64,000 nucleotides of DNA. Source: Eledone cirrhosa. Taxonomy: Eukaryota. Where the stretch lies: the NCBI GenBank assembly GCA_964016885.1, contig CAXHJY010001303.1:1-64000 (forward strand). The letters are read 5' to 3'. The notes beneath the pieces are model-generated. The model searched no databases, was not told the DNA's origin, and saw only the letters and a program-made list of their open reading frames with translations. The position numbers were made by a program, and so were the translations under genes. Of this stretch, positions 16,337 to 35,300 are shown piece by piece. The first letter of the stretch is position 1. Every line of letters starts with the position of its first letter.

Positions 16337-19300
16337 CATGGTCTGTAACGTATATATACATGGTCTGTAACGTATGTATATATACATGGTCTGTAACGTA
16401 TATATATATAAATGGTGTGTAACGTATATATATATATACATGGTCTGTAACGTATATATATATACATGGTTTGTAACATATATATATATACATGGTCTGT
16501 AACGTATATATACATGGTCTGTAACGTATATATATATACATGGTTTGTAACGTATATATATATACATGGTCTGTAACGTATAAATATATACATGGTCTGT
16601 AACGTTTATATATACATGGTCTGTAACGTATATATACATGGTCTGTAACGTATATATATGTACATGGTTTGTAACGTATATATATATACATGGTCTGTAA
16701 CGTATATATACATGGTCTGTAACGTATATATATATACATGGTTTGTAACATATATATATATACATGGTCTGTAACGTATGTATACATGGTCTGTAACGTA
16801 TATATATATACATGGTTTGTAACATATATATACATGGTCTGTAACGTATATATATATACATGGTTGTAACGTATATATATACATGGTCTGTAACGTATAT
16901 ATATGTACATGGTTTGTAACGTATATATATATACATGGTCTGTAACGTATATATATACATGGTCTGTAACGTATATATATACATGGTCTGTAACGTATAT
17001 ATATATATACATGGTCTGTAACGTATATATACAGGGTTTGTAACGTATATATATATATATACATGGTCTGTAACGTATATATACATGGTTTGTAACGTAT
17101 ATATATATACATGGTCTGTAACGTATATATATATACATGGTCTGTAACGTATATATATACATGGTCTGTAACGTATATATATATACATGGTTTGTAACAT
17201 ATATATATATATACATGGTCTGTAACGTATATATATATACATGGTCTGTAACGTATATATATATACATGGTCTGTAACGTATATATATATACATGGTCTG
17301 TACCGTATATATATATACATGGTCTGTAACGTATATATATATACATGGTCTGTAACGTATATATACATGGTCTGTAACATATATATACATGGTTTGTAAC
17401 GTATATATATATACATGGTTTGTAACGTATATATATATACATGGTCTGTAACGTATATATATATATACATGGTCTGTAACGTATATATATATACATGGTT
17501 TGTAACGTATATATATATACATGGTTTGTAACATATATATATATACATGGTCTGTAACGTATATATATATACATGGTCTGTAACGTATATATACATGGTC
17601 TGTAACGTATATATACATGGTCTGTAACGTATATATATATACATGGTCTGTAACGTATATATATATACATGGTCTGTAACGTATATATATGTACATGGTC
17701 TGTAACGTTTTATATATATACATGGTTTGTAACATATATATATATACATGGTCTGTAACGTATATATACATGGTCTGTAACGTATATATATATACATAGT
17801 TTGTAACGTATATATATATACATGGTCTGTAACGTATATATATACATGGTCTGTAACGTATATATACATGGTCTGTAACGTATATATATATACCTGGTTT
17901 GTAACGTATATATATATATACATGGTCTGTAACGTATATATATACATGGTCTGTAACGTATATATACATGGTTTGTAACGTATATATATATATACATGGT
18001 CTGTAACGTATATATATACATGGTCTGTAACGTATATATACATGGTTTGTAACGTATATATATATACATGGTCTGTAACGTATATATACATGGTCTGTAA
18101 CGTATATATATATACATGGTCTGTAACGTATATATATACATGGTCTGTAACGTATATATATATACATGGTCTGTAACGTATATATATATACATGGTCTGT
18201 AACGTGTATATATATACATGGTCTGTAATGTATATATATATACATGGTCTGTAACGTATATATATATATACATGGTCTGTAACGTATATATATATACATC
18301 GTTTGTAACGTATATATACATGGTTTGTAACGTATATATATATACATGGTCTGTAACGTATATATATATACATGGTTTGTAACGTATATATATATACATG
18401 GTTTGTAACGTATATATATATACATGGTCTGTAACGTATATATATATACATGGTTTGTAACGTATATATATATATATACATGGTCTGTAACGTATATATA
18501 TATACATGCTCTGTAACGTATATATATACATGGTCTGTAACGTATATATATATACATGGTCTGTAACATATATATATATACATGGTTTGTAACGTATATA
18601 TACATGGTCTGTAACGTATATATATATACATGGTTTGTAACATATATATACATGGTCTGTAACGTATATATATATATATACATGGTCTGTAACGTATATA
18701 TATATACATTGTTTGTAACGTATATATATATACATGGTCTGTAACGTATATATATACATGGTCTGTAACGTATATATATATACATGGTCTGTAACGTATA
18801 TATATATACATGGTCTGTAACGTATATATACATGGTCTGTAACGTATATATATATACATGGTCTGTAACGTATATATATATACATGGTCTGTAACGTATA
18901 TATACATGGTCTGTAACGTATATATATATACATGGTTTGTAACATATATATATATATACATGGTCTGTAACGTATATATACATGGTCTGTAACGTATATA
19001 TATATATACATGGTCTGTAACGTATATATACATGGTCTGTAACGTATATATATATACATGGTTTTTAACGTATATATATATACATGGTCTGTAACGTATA
19101 TATATACATGGTCTGTAACGTATATATACATAGTTTGTAACGTATATATATATACATGGTCTGTAACGTATATATACATGGTTTGTAACGTATATATATA
19201 TACATGGTCTGTAACGTATATATATACATGGTCTGTAACGTATATATATATACATGGTTTCTAATATATATATATATATACATGGTCTGTAACGTATATA

Positions 19301-22300
19301 TATATACATGGTCTGTAACGTATATATATATACATGGTCTGTAACGTATATATATATATACATGGTTTGTAACGTATATATATATACATGGTTTGTAACG
19401 TATATATACATGGTTTTTAACGTATATATATATATACATGGTCTGTAACGTATATATATATACATGGTTTGTAACGTATATATATATACATGGTCTGTAA
19501 CGTATATATATATACATGGTCTGTAACGTATATATATATACATGGTCTGTAACATATATATACATGGTTTGTAACGTATATATATATACATGGTTTGTAA
19601 CGTATATATATATACATGGTCTGTAACGTATATATATATATATACATGGTTTGTAACGTATATATATATATACATGGTTTGTAACGTATATATATATACA
19701 TGGTTTGTAACGTATATATATATATACATGGTTTGTAACATATATATATATACATGGTCTGTAACGTATATATATATACATGGTCTGTAACGTATATATA
19801 CATGGTCTGTAACGTATATATATATACATGGTCTGTAACGTATATATATATACATGGTCTGTAACGTATATATATATACATGGTCTGTAACGTATATATA
19901 TATACATGGTTTGTAACATATATATATATACATGGTCTGTAACGTATATATACATGGTCTGTAACGTATATATATATACATGGTTTGTAACGTATATATG
20001 TATACAACGTCTGTAACGTATATATATACATGGTCTGTAACGTATATATATATACATGGTCTGTAACGTATATATATATACATGGTCTGTAACGTATATA
20101 TATTTACATGGTCTGTAACGTATATATATATATACATGGTCTGTAACGTATATATATATACATGGTTTGTAACGTATATATACATGGTTTGTAACGTATA
20201 TATATATATACATGGTCTGTAACGTATATATATATACATGGTTTGTAACGTATATATATATACATGGTTTGTAACGTTTATATATATACATGGTCTGTAA
20301 CGTATATATATATACATGGTTTGTAACGTATATATATATATATACATGGTCTGTAACGTATTTATATATACATGGTCTGTAACGTATATGTATATACATG
20401 GTCTGTAACATATATATATATACATGGTTTGTAACGTATATATACATGGTCTGTAACGTATATATATATATACATGGTTTGTAACATATATATACATGGT
20501 CTGTAACGTATATATATATATACATGGTCTGTAACGTATATATATATACATGGTCTGTAACGTATATATATACATGGTCTGTAACGTATATATATATACA
20601 TGGTCTGTAACGTATATATATATACATGGTTTGTAACGTATATATATATACATGGTCTGTAACGTATATATATACAGGGTCTGCAACGTATATATATACA
20701 TGGTCTGTAACGTATATATATATACATGGTCTGTAACGTATATATATACATGGTCTGTAACGTATATATATACATGGTCTGTAACGTATATATATATACA
20801 TGGTTTGTAACATATATATATATATACATGGTCTGTAACGTATATATATATACATGGTCTGTAACGTATATATATATACATGGTCTGTAACGTATATATA
20901 TATACATGGTTTGTAACGTATATATATATATACATGGTCTGTAACGTATATATATACATGGTCTGTAACGTATATATATATACATGGTTTGTAACGTATA
21001 TATATATACATGGTCTGTAACGTATATATATATATACATGGTTTGTAACGTATATATATATACATGGTTTGTAACGTATATATATATACATGGTCTGTAA
21101 CGTATATATACATGGTTTGTAACGTATATATATATACATGGTTTGTAACATATATATATATACATGGTCTGTAACGTATATATATATACATGGTCTGAAA
21201 CGTATATATACATGGTCTGTAACGTATATAGATATACATGGTTTGTAACGTATATATATATACATGGTCTGTAACGTATATATACATGGTCTGTAACGTA
21301 TATATATATACATGGTTTGTAACATATATATATATACATGGTCTGTAACGTATATATACATGGTCTGTAACGTATATATATATACATGGTTTGTAACGTA
21401 TATATATATACATGGTCTGTAACGTATATATACATGGTTGTAACGTATATATATATACATGGTTTGTAACATATATATATATACATGGTCTGTAACGTAT
21501 ATATATACATGGTCTGTAACGTATATATATATACATGGTTTGTAACGTATATATATATAAATGGTCTGTAACGTATATATACATGGTATGTAACGTATAT
21601 ATATATACATGGTTTGTAACGTATATATATATACATGGTTTGTAACATATATATATATACATGGTCTGTAACGTATATATATATACATGGTCTGTAACGT
21701 ATATATATATACATGGTTTGTAACGTATATATATATACATGGTTTGTAACATATATATATATACATGGTCTGTAACGTATATATATATACATGGTCTGTA
21801 ACGTATATATATATACATGGTTTGTAACGTATATATATATACATGGTTTGTAACATATATATATATACATGGTCTGTAACGTATATATACATGGTCTGTA
21901 ACGTATATATATATACATGGTTTGTAACGTATATATGTATACATTGTCTGTAACGTATATATATACATTGTCTGTAACGTATATATACATGATCTGTAAC
22001 GTATATATATATACATGGTTTGTAACGTATATATATATACATGGTCTGTAACGTATATATATACATGGTCTGTAACGTATATATACATGGTTTGTAACGT
22101 ATATATATATACATGGTCTGTAACGTATATATACATGGTTTGTAACGTATATATATATACATGGTCTGTAACGTATATATATATACATGGTCTGTAACGT
22201 ATATATATATACATGGTTTGTAACATATATATATATACATGGTCTGTAACGTATATATATATACATGGTCTGTAACGTATATATATATACATGGTTTGTA

Positions 22301-22430
22301 ACGTATATATACATGGTTTGTAACATATATATACATGGTCTGTAACGTATATATATATACATGGTCTGTAACGTATATATATATATATACATGGTCTGTA
22401 ACGTATATATATATACATGGTTTGTAACGT
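16337..22430. repeat. Higher-order block B, copy 2
   Basis: Same marker order as 10309-16336. The offset drifts between about 6006 and 6107, mostly through whole-monomer gains and losses (ORF pairs 12502/18556, 13030/19058, 15908/22015). Confidence 0.92.
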
Positions 22431-25400
22431 ATATATACATGGTTTGTAACGTATATATATATACATGGTTTGTAACATATATATATATACATGGTTTGAA
22501 ACGTATATATATATATACATGGTTTGTAACGTATATATATATACATGGTCTGTAACGTATATATATACAGGGACTGTAACATATATATATACATGGTCTG
22601 TAACGTATATATATATACATGGTCTGTAACGTATATATATACATGGTCTGTAACGTATATATATACATGGTCTGTAACGTATATATATATACATGGTTTG
22701 TAACATATATATATATATATACATGGTCTGTAACGTATATATATATACATGGTCTGTAACATATATATATATACATGGTTTGTAACGTATATATACATGG
22801 TCTGTAACGTATATATATATACATGGTTTGTAACATATATATACATGGTCTGTAACGTATATATATATATACATGGTCTGTAACGTATATATATATACAT
22901 TGTTTGTAACGTATATATATATACATGGTCTGTAACGTATATATATACTTGGTCTGTAACGTATATATATATACATGGTCTGTAACGTATATATATATAC
23001 ATGGTCTGTAACGTATATATACATGGTCTGTAACGTATATATATATACATTGTCTGCAACGTATATATATATACATGGTCTGTAACGTATATATATATAC
23101 ATGGTCTGTAACGTATATATATATACATGGTTTGTAACATATATATATATATATACATGGTCTGTAACGTATATATACATGGTCTGTAACGTATATATAT
23201 ATATACATGGTCTGTAACGTATATATACATGGTCTGTAACGTATATATATATACATGGTTTTTAACGTATATATATATACATGGTCTGTAACGTATATAT
23301 ATATAGATGGTCTGTAACGTATATATACATAGTTTGTAACGTATATATATATACATGGTCTGTAACGTATATATACATGGTTTGTAACGTATATATATAT
23401 ACATGGTCTGTAACGTATATATATACATGGTCTGTAACGTATATATATATACATGGTTTCTAATATATATATATATATACATGGTCTGTAACGTATATAT
23501 ATATACATGGTCTGTAACGTATATATATATACATGGTCTGTAACGTATATATATATACATGGTCTGTAACATATATATACATGGTTTGTAACGTATATAT
23601 ATATACATGGTTTGTAACGTATATATATATACATGGTCTGTAACGTATAAATATATATACATGGTTTGTAACGTATATATATATACATGGTTTGTAACGT
23701 ATATATATATACATGGTTTGTAACGTATATATATATATACATGGTTTGTAACATATATATATATACATGGTCTGTAACGTATATATATATACATGGTCTG
23801 TAACGTATATATACATGGTCTGTAACGTATATATATATACATGGTCTGTAACGTATATATATATACATGGTCTGTAACGTATATATATATACATGGTTTG
23901 TAACATATATATATATATATGGTCTGTAACGTATATATACATGGTCTGTAACGTATATATATATACATGGTTTGTAACGTATATATGTATACAACGTCTG
24001 TAACGTATATATATACATGGTCTGTAACGTATATATATATACATGGTCTGTAACGTATATATATATACATGGTCTGTAACGTATATATATATACATGGTC
24101 TGTAACGTATATATATATATACATGGTCTGTAACGTATATATATATACATGGTTTGTAACGTATATATACATGGTTTGTAACGTATATATATATACATGG
24201 TCTGTAACGTATATATATATACATGGTTTGTAACGTATATATATATATATACATGGACTGTAACGTATATATATATACATGGTCTGTAACGTATATATAT
24301 ATACATGGTCTGTAACATATATATATATATACATGGTTTGTAACGTATATATACATGGTCTGTAACGTATATATATATACATGGTTTGTAACATATATAT
24401 ACATGATCTGTAACGTATATATATATATACATGGTCTGTAACGTATATATATATACATTGTTTGTAACGTATATATATATACATGGTCTGTAACGTATAT
24501 ATATACATGGTCTGTGACGTATATATATATACATGGTCTGTAACGTATATATATATACATGGTTTGTAACGTATATATATATACATGGTCTGTAACGTAT
24601 ATATATACAGGGTCTGCAACGTATATATATACATGGTCTGTAACGTATATATATATACATGGTCTGTAACGTATATATATACATGGTCTGTAACGTATAT
24701 ATATACATGGTCTGTAACGTATATATATATACATGGTTTGTAACATATATATATATATACATGGTCTGTAACGTATATATATATACATGGTCTGTAACGT
24801 ATATATATATACATGGTCTGTAACGTATATATATACATGGTCTGTAACGTATATATATATACATGGTCTGTAACATATATATACATGGTTTGTAACGTAT
24901 ATATATATACATGGTTTGTAACGTATATATATATACATGGTCTGTAACGTATATATATATATACATGGTTTGTAACGTATATATATATCCATGGTTTGTA
25001 ACGTATATATATATACATGGTCTGTAACGTATATATACATGGTCTGTAACGTATATATATATACATGGTTTGTAACATATATATATATACATGGTCTGTA
25101 ACGTATATATACATGGTCTGTAACGTATATATATATACATGGTTTGTAACGTATATATATATACATGGTCTGTAACGTATATATACATGGTTGTAACGTA
25201 TATATATATACATGGTTTGTAACATATATATATATACATGGTCTGTAACGTATATATACATGGTCTGTAACGTATATATATATATACATGGTTTGTAACG
25301 TATATATATATACATGGTCTGTAACGTATATATACATGGTATGTAACGTATATATATATACATGGTTTGTAACGTATATATATATACATGGTTTGTAACA

Positions 25401-28400
25401 TATATATATATACATGGTCTGTAACGTATATATATATACATGGTCTGTAACGTATATATATATACATGGTTTGTAACGTATATATATATACATGGTTTGT
25501 AACATATATATATATACATGGTCTGTAACGTATATATATATACATGGTCTGTAACGTATATATATATACATGGTTTGTAACGTATATATATATACATGGT
25601 TTGTAACATATATATATATACATGGTCTGTAACGTATATATACATGGTCTGTAACGTATATATATATACATGGTTTGTAACGTATATATACATGGTTTGT
25701 AACGTATATATATATACATGGTTTGTAACATATATATATATACATGGTTTGAAACGTATATATATATATACATGGTTTGTAACGTATATATATATACATG
25801 GTCTGTAACGTATATATATACAGGGCCTGTAACATATATATATACATGTTCTGTAACGTATATATATATACATGGTCTGTAACGTATATATATACATGGT
25901 CTGTAACGTATATATATACATGGTCTGTAACGTATATATATATACATGGTTTGTAACATATATATATATATATACATGGTCTGTAACGTATATATATACA
26001 TGGTCTGTAACGTATATATATATACATGGTCTATAACGTATATATATATACATGGTCTGTAACGTATATATATATACATGGTTTGTAACGTATATATACA
26101 TGGTTTGTAACGTATATATATATACATGGTCTGTAACGTATATATATATACATGGTCTGTAACGTATATATATATACATGGTTTGTAACGTATATATATA
26201 TACATGGTCTGTAACGTATATATATATATACATGGTCTGTAACGTACATATATATACATGGTCTGTAACATATATATACATGGTTTGTAACGTATATATA
26301 TATACATGGTTTGTAACGTATATATATATACATGGTCTGTAACGTATATATATATATACATGGTTTGTAACGTATATATATATACATGGTTTGTAACGTA
26401 TATATATATATACATGGTTTGTAACGTATATGTATATACATGGTTTGTAACATATATATATATACATGGTCTGTAACGTATATATATATACATGGTCTGT
26501 AACGTATATATACATGGTCTGTAACGTATATATATATACATGGTCTGTAACGTATATATATATACATGGTCTGTAACGTATATATATATACATGGTCTGT
26601 AACGTATATATATATACATGGTTTGTAACATATATATATATACATGGTCTGTAACGTATATATACATGGTCTGTAACGTATATATATATACATGGTTTGT
26701 AACGTATATATATATACATGGTCTGTAACGTATATATACATGGTCTGTAACGTATATATATATACATGGTTTGTAACGTATATATATATACATGGTTTGT
26801 AACATATATATATATACATGGTCTGTAACGTATATATATATACATGGTCTGTAACGTATATATATATACATGGTTTGTAACGTATATATATATACATGGT
26901 TTGTAACATATATATATACATGGTCTGTAACGTATATATATATACATGGCTTGTAACGTATATATATATACATTGTCTGTAACGTATATATATACATTGT
27001 CTGTAACGTATATATACATGGTCTGTAACGTATATATATATACATGGTTTGTAACGTATATATATATACATGGTCTGTAACGTATATATATACATGGTCT
27101 GTAACGTATATATACATGGTTTGTAACGTATATATATATATACATGGTCTGTAACGTATATATACATGGTTTGTAACGTATATATATATACATGGTCTAT
27201 AACGTATATATATATACATGGTCTATAACGTATATATATATACATGGTCTGTAACGTATATATATACATGGTCTGTAACGTATATATATATACATGGTTT
27301 GTAACATATATATATATATATGGTCTGTAACGTATATATATATACATGGTTTGTAACGTATATATATATACATGGTCTGTAACGTATATATATATACATG
27401 GTTTGTAACGTATATATACATGGTCTGTAACGTATATATATACATCGTCTGTAACCTATATATATACATCGTCTGTAACGTATATATATATATACATGGT
27501 CTGTAACGTATATATATATACATGCTTTGTAACGTATATATACATGGTCTGTAACGTATATATATATACATGGTTTGTAACATATATATACATGGTCTGT
27601 AACGTATATATATATACATGGTCTGTAACGTATATATATATACATGGTTTGTAACGTATATATATATATACATGGTCTGTAACGTATATATATATACATG
27701 GTTTGTAACGTATATATACATGGTCTGTAACGTATATATATATACATGGTTTGTAACATATATATACATGGTCTGTAACGTATATATATATACATGGTCT
27801 GTAACGTATATATATATACATGGTTTGTAACGTATATATATATACATGGTCTGTAACGTATATATATACATTGTCTGTAACGTATATATATATACATAGT
27901 CTGTAACGTATATATATATACATGGTCTGTAACGTATATATACATGGTCTGTAACGTATGTATATATACATGGTCTGTAACGTATATATATATAAATGGT
28001 GTGTAACGTATATATATATACATGGTCTGTAACGTATATATATATACATGGTTTGTAACATATATATATATATACATGGTCTGTAACGTATATATACATG
28101 GTCTGTAACGTATATATATATACATGGTTTGTAACGTTTATATATATACATGGTCTGTAACGTATATATATATACATGGTCTGTAACGTATATATACATG
28201 GTCTGTAACGTATATATATATACATGGTTTGTAACATATATATATATACATGGTCTGTAACGTATATATACATGGTCTGTAACGTATATATATATATACA
28301 TGGTTTGTAACATATATATACATGGTCTGTAACTTATATATATATACATGGTTGTAACGTATATATATACATGGTCTGTAACGTATATATACATGGTCTG

Positions 28401-29329
28401 TAACGTATATATATGTACATGGTTTGTAACGTATATATATATACATGGTCTGTAACGTATATATATACATGGTCTGTAACGTATATATATACATGGTCTG
28501 TAACGTATATATATATATACATGGTCTGTAACCTATATATACAGGGTTTGTAACGTATATATATATACATGGTCTGTAACGTATATATACATGGTTTGTA
28601 ACGTATATATATATACATGGTCTGTAACGTATATATACATACATGGTCTGTAACGTATATATATACATGGTCAGTAACGTATATATATATATACATGGTT
28701 TGTAACATATATATATATATACATGGTCTGTAACGTATATATATATACATGGTCTGTAACGTATATATATATATACATGGTCTGTAACGTATATATATAT
28801 ACATGGTCTGTAACGTATATATATATACATGGTCTGTAACGTATATATATATACATGGTCTGTAACGTATATATACATGGTCTGTAACATATATATACAT
28901 GGTTTGTAACGTATATATATATACATGGTTTGTAACGTATATATATATACATGGTCTGTAACGTATATATATATATACATGGTCTGTAACGTATATATAT
29001 ATACATGGTTTGTAACGTATATATATATACATGGTTTGTAACATATATATATATACATGGTCTGTAACGTTTTATATATATACATGGTTTGTAACATATA
29101 TATATATACATGGTCTGTAACGTATATATACATGGTCTGTAACGTATATATATATACATAGTTTGTAACGTATATATATATACATGGTCTGTAACGTATA
29201 TATATACATGGTCTGGAACGTATATATACATGGTCTGTAACGTATATATATATACCTGGTTTGTAACATATATATATATACATGGTCTGTAACGTATATA
29301 TATATACATGGTCTGTAACGTATATATAT

Positions 29330-32300
29330 ATACATGGTTTGTAACGTATATATATATACATGGTTTGTAACATATATATATATACATGGCCTGTAACGTA
29401 TATATACATGGTCTGTAACGTATATATATATACATGGTTTGTAACGTATATATATATACATGGTCTGTAACGTATATATACATGGTTGTAACGTATATAT
29501 ATATACATGGTTTGTAACATATATATATATACATGGTCTGTAACGTATATATTCATGGTCTGTAACGTATATATATATACATGGTTTGTAACGTATATAT
29601 ATATACATGGTCTGTAACGTATATATACATGGTCTGTAACGTATATATATATACATGGTTTGTAACATATATATATATACATGGTCTGTAACGTATATAT
29701 ATATACATGGTCTGTAATGTATATATATATACATGGTTTGTAACGTATATATATATACATGGTTTGTAACGTATATATATATACATGGTCTGTAACGTAT
29801 ATATATACATGGTCTGTAACGTATATATACATGGTTTGTAACGTATATATATATACATGGTCTGTAACGTATATATACATGGTTTGTAACGTATATATAT
29901 ATACATGGTCTGTAACGTATATATATATACATGGTCTGTAACGTATATATATACATGGTCTGTAACGTATATATATATACATGGTTTGTAACATATATAT
30001 ATATACATGGTCTGTAACGTATATATATATACATGGTCTGTAACGTATATTTATATACATGGTTTGTAACGTATATATACATGGTTTGTAACATATATAT
30101 ACATGGTCTGTAACGTATATATATATACATGGTCTGTAACGTATATATATATATATATACATGGTCTGTAACGTATATATATATACATGGTTTGTAACGT
30201 ATATATACATGGTTTGTAACGTATATATATATACATGGTTTGTAACATATATATATATATACATGGTTTGAAACGTATATATATATATACATGGTTTGTA
30301 ACGTATATATATATACATGGTCTGTAACGTATATATATACAGGGTCTGTAACGTATATATATACATGGTCTGTAACGTATATATATATACATGGTCTGTA
30401 ACGTATATATATACATGGTCTGTAACGTATATATATACATGGTCTGTAACGTATATATATATACATGGTTTGTAACATATATATATATATATACATGGTC
30501 TGTAACGTATATATATATACATGGTCTGTAACGTATATATATATACATGGTCTGTAACGTATATATATATACATGGTCTGTAACGTATATATATATACAT
30601 GGTTTGTAACGTATATATACATGGTCTGTAACGTATATATATATACATGGTCTGTAACGTATATATATATACATGGTTTGTAACGTATATATATATACAT
30701 GGTCTGTAACGTATATATATATATACATGGTCTGTAACGTATATATATATACATGGTCTGTAACATATATATACATGGTTTGTAACGTATATATATATAC
30801 ATGGTTTGTAACGTATATATATATACATGGTCTGCAACGTATATATATATATACATGGTTTGTAACGTATATATATATACATGGTTTGTAACGTATATAT
30901 ATATATATACATGGTTTGTAACGTATATATATATACATGGTTTGTAACATATATATATATACATGGTCTGTAACGTATATATATATACATGGTCTGTAAC
31001 GTATATATACATGGTCTGTAACGTATATATATATACATGGTCTGTAACGTATATATATATACATGGTCTGTAACGTATATATATATACATGGTCTGTAAC
31101 GTATATATATATACATGGTTTGTAACATATATATATATACATGGTCTGTAACGTATATATACATGGTCTGTAACGTATATATATATACATGGTTTGTAAC
31201 GTATATATATATACATGGTCTGTAACGTATATATATACATGGTCTGTAACGTATATATACATGGTTTGTAACGTATATATGTATATACATGGTCTGTAAC
31301 GTATATATACATGGTCTGTAACGTATATATATATACATGGTTTGTAACGTATATATATATATATGGTCTGTAACGTATATATACATGGTCTGTAACGTAT
31401 ATATATATACATGGTTTGTAACGTATATATATATACATGGTTTGTAACATATATATATATACATGGTCTGTAACGTATATATATATACATGGCTTGTAAC
31501 GTATATATATATACATTGTCTGTAACGTATATATATACATTGTCTGTAACGTATATATACATGGTCTGTAACGTATATATATATACATGGTTTGTAACGT
31601 ATATATATATACATGGTCTGTAACGTATATATATACATGGTCTGTAACGTATATATACATGGTTTGTAACGTATATATATATATACATGGTCTGTAACGT
31701 ATATATACATGGTTTGTAACGTATATATATATACATGGTCTATAACGTATATATATATACATGGTCTATAACGTATATATATATACATGGTCTGTAACGT
31801 ATATATATACATGGTCTGTAACGTATATATATATACATGGTTTGTAACATATATATATATATACATGGTCTGTAACGTATATATATATACATGGTCTGTA
31901 ACGTATATATATATACATGGTCTGTAACGTATATATATATACATGGTTTGTAACGTATATATACATGGTCTGTAACGTATATATATATACATGGTTTGTA
32001 ACGTATATATACATGGTCTGTAACGTATATATATATACATGGTTTGTAACATATATATACATGGTCTGTAACGTATATATATATACATGGTTGTAACGTA
32101 TATATATACATGGTCTGTAACGTATATATACATGGTCTGTAACGTATATATATGTACATGGTTTGTAACGTATATATATATACATGGTCTGTAACGTATA
32201 TATATACATGGTCTGTAACGTATATATATACATGGTCTGTAACGTATATATATATATATACATGGTCTGTAACGTATATATACAGGGTTTGTAACGTATA

Positions 32301-35300
32301 TATATATACATGGTCTGTAACGTATATATATATACATGGTTTGTAACGTATATATACATGGTCTGTAACGTATATATACATGGTCTGTAACGTATATATA
32401 TACATGGTCTGTAACGTATATATATATACATGGTTTGTAACATATATATACATGGTCTGTAACGTATATATATATACATGGTCTGTAACGTATATATATA
32501 TACATGGTTTGTAACGTATATATATATACATGGTTTGTAACATATATATATATACATGGTCTGTAACGTATATATACATGGTCTGTAACGTATATATATA
32601 TACATGGTTTGTAACGTATATATATATACATGGTCTGTAACGTATATATACATGGTTGTAACGTATATATATATACATGGTTTGTAACATATATATATAT
32701 ACATGGTCTGTAACGTATATATACATGGTCTGTAACGTATATATATATACATGGTTTGTAACGTATATATATATACATGGTCTGTAACGTATATATACAT
32801 GGTCTGTAACGTATATATATATACATGGTTTGTAACGTATATATATATACATGGTTTGTAACATATATATATATACATGGTCTGTAACGTATATATATAT
32901 ACATGGTCTGTAACGTATATATATATACATGGTTTGTAACGTATATATATATACATGGTTTGTAACGTATATATATATACATGGTCTGTAACGTATATAT
33001 ATACATGGTCTGTAACGTATATATACATGGTTTGTAACGTATATATATATACATGGTCTGTAACGTATATATACATGGTCTGTAACGTATATATATATAC
33101 ATGGTTTGTAACGTATATATATATACATGGTTTGTAACATATATATATATACATGGTCTGTAACGTATATATATATACATGGTCTGTAACGTATATATAT
33201 ACATGGTCTGTAACGTATATATATATACATGGTTTGTAACATATATATATATACATGGTCTGTAACGTATATTTATATACATGGTTTGTAACGTATATAT
33301 ACATGGTTTGTAACATATATATACATGGTCTGTAACGTATATATATATACATGGTCTGTAACGTATATATATATATATACATGGTCTGTAACGTATATAT
33401 ATATACATGGTTTGTAACGTATATATACATGGTTTGTAACGTATATATATATACATGGTTTGTAACATATATATATATACATGGTTTGAAACGTATATAT
33501 ATATATACATGGTTTGTAACGTATATATATATACATGGTCTGTAACGTATATATATACAGGGTCTGTAACGTATATATATACATGGTCTGTAACGCATAT
33601 ATATATACATGGTCTGTAACGTATATATATACATGGTCTGTAACGTATATATATACATGGTCTGTAACGTATATATATATACATGGTTTGTAACATATAT
33701 ATATATATATACATGGTCTGTAACGTATATATATATACATGGTCTGTAACGTATATATATATACATGGTCTGTAACGTATATATATATACATGGTCTGTA
33801 ACGTATATATATATACATGGTTTGTAACGTATATATACATGGTCTGTAACGTATATATATATACATGGTCTGTAACGTATATATATACATGGTCTGTAAC
33901 GTATATATATATACATGGTTTGTAACATATATATATATATATACATGGTCTGTAACGTATATATATATACATGGTCTGTAACGTATATATATATACATGG
34001 TTTGTAACGTATATATATATACATGGTCTGTAACGTATATATATATATACATGGTCTGTAACGTATATATATATACATGGTCTGTAACATATATATACAT
34101 GGTTTGTAACGTATATATATATACATAGTTTGTAACGTATATATATATACATGGTCTGTAACGTATATATATATATACATGGTTTGTAACGTATATATAT
34201 ATACATGGTTTGTAACGTATATATATATATATACATGGTTTGTAACGTATATATATATACATGGTTTGTAACATATATATATATACATGGTCTGTAACGT
34301 ATATATATATACATGGTCTGTAACGTATATATACATGGTCTGTAACGTATATATATATACATGGTCTGTAACGTATATATATATACATGGTCTGTAACGT
34401 ATATATATATACATGGTCTGTAACGTATATATATATACATGGTTTGTAACATATATATATATACATGGTCTGTAACGTATATATACATGGTCTGTAACGT
34501 ATATATATATACATGGTTTGTAACGTATATATATATACATGGTCTGTAACGTATATATATACATGGTCTGTAGCGTATATATACATGGTTTGTAACGTAT
34601 ATATATATATACATGGTCTGTAACGTATATATACATGGTCTGTAACGTATATATATATACATGGTCTGTAACGTATATATATATACATGGTCTGTAACGT
34701 ATATATACATGGTCTGTAACGTATATATATATACATGGTCTGTAACGTATCTATATATACATGGTCTGTAACGTATATATATATACATGGTCTGTAACGT
34801 ATATATATATACATGGTTTGTAACATATATATATATACATGGTCTGTAACGTATATATATACATGGTCTGTAACGTATATATACATGGTTTGTAACGTAT
34901 ATATATATATACATGGTCTGTAACGTATATATACATGGTTTGTAACATATATATATATACATGGTCTGTAACGTATATATATATATACATGGTCTGTAAC
35001 GTATATATACATGGTCTGTAACGTATATATATATACATGGTTTGTAACGTATATATATATACATGGTCTGTAACGTATATATACATGGTCTGTAACGTAT
35101 ATATATATACATGGTCTGTAACGTATATATATATATATATGGTTTGTAACGTATATATATATACATGGTTTGTAACATATATATATATACATGGTCTGTA
35201 ACGTATAGATATATACATGGCTTGTAACGTATATATATATACATTGTCTGTAACGTATATATACATGGTCTGTAACGTATATATATATACATGGTTTGTA

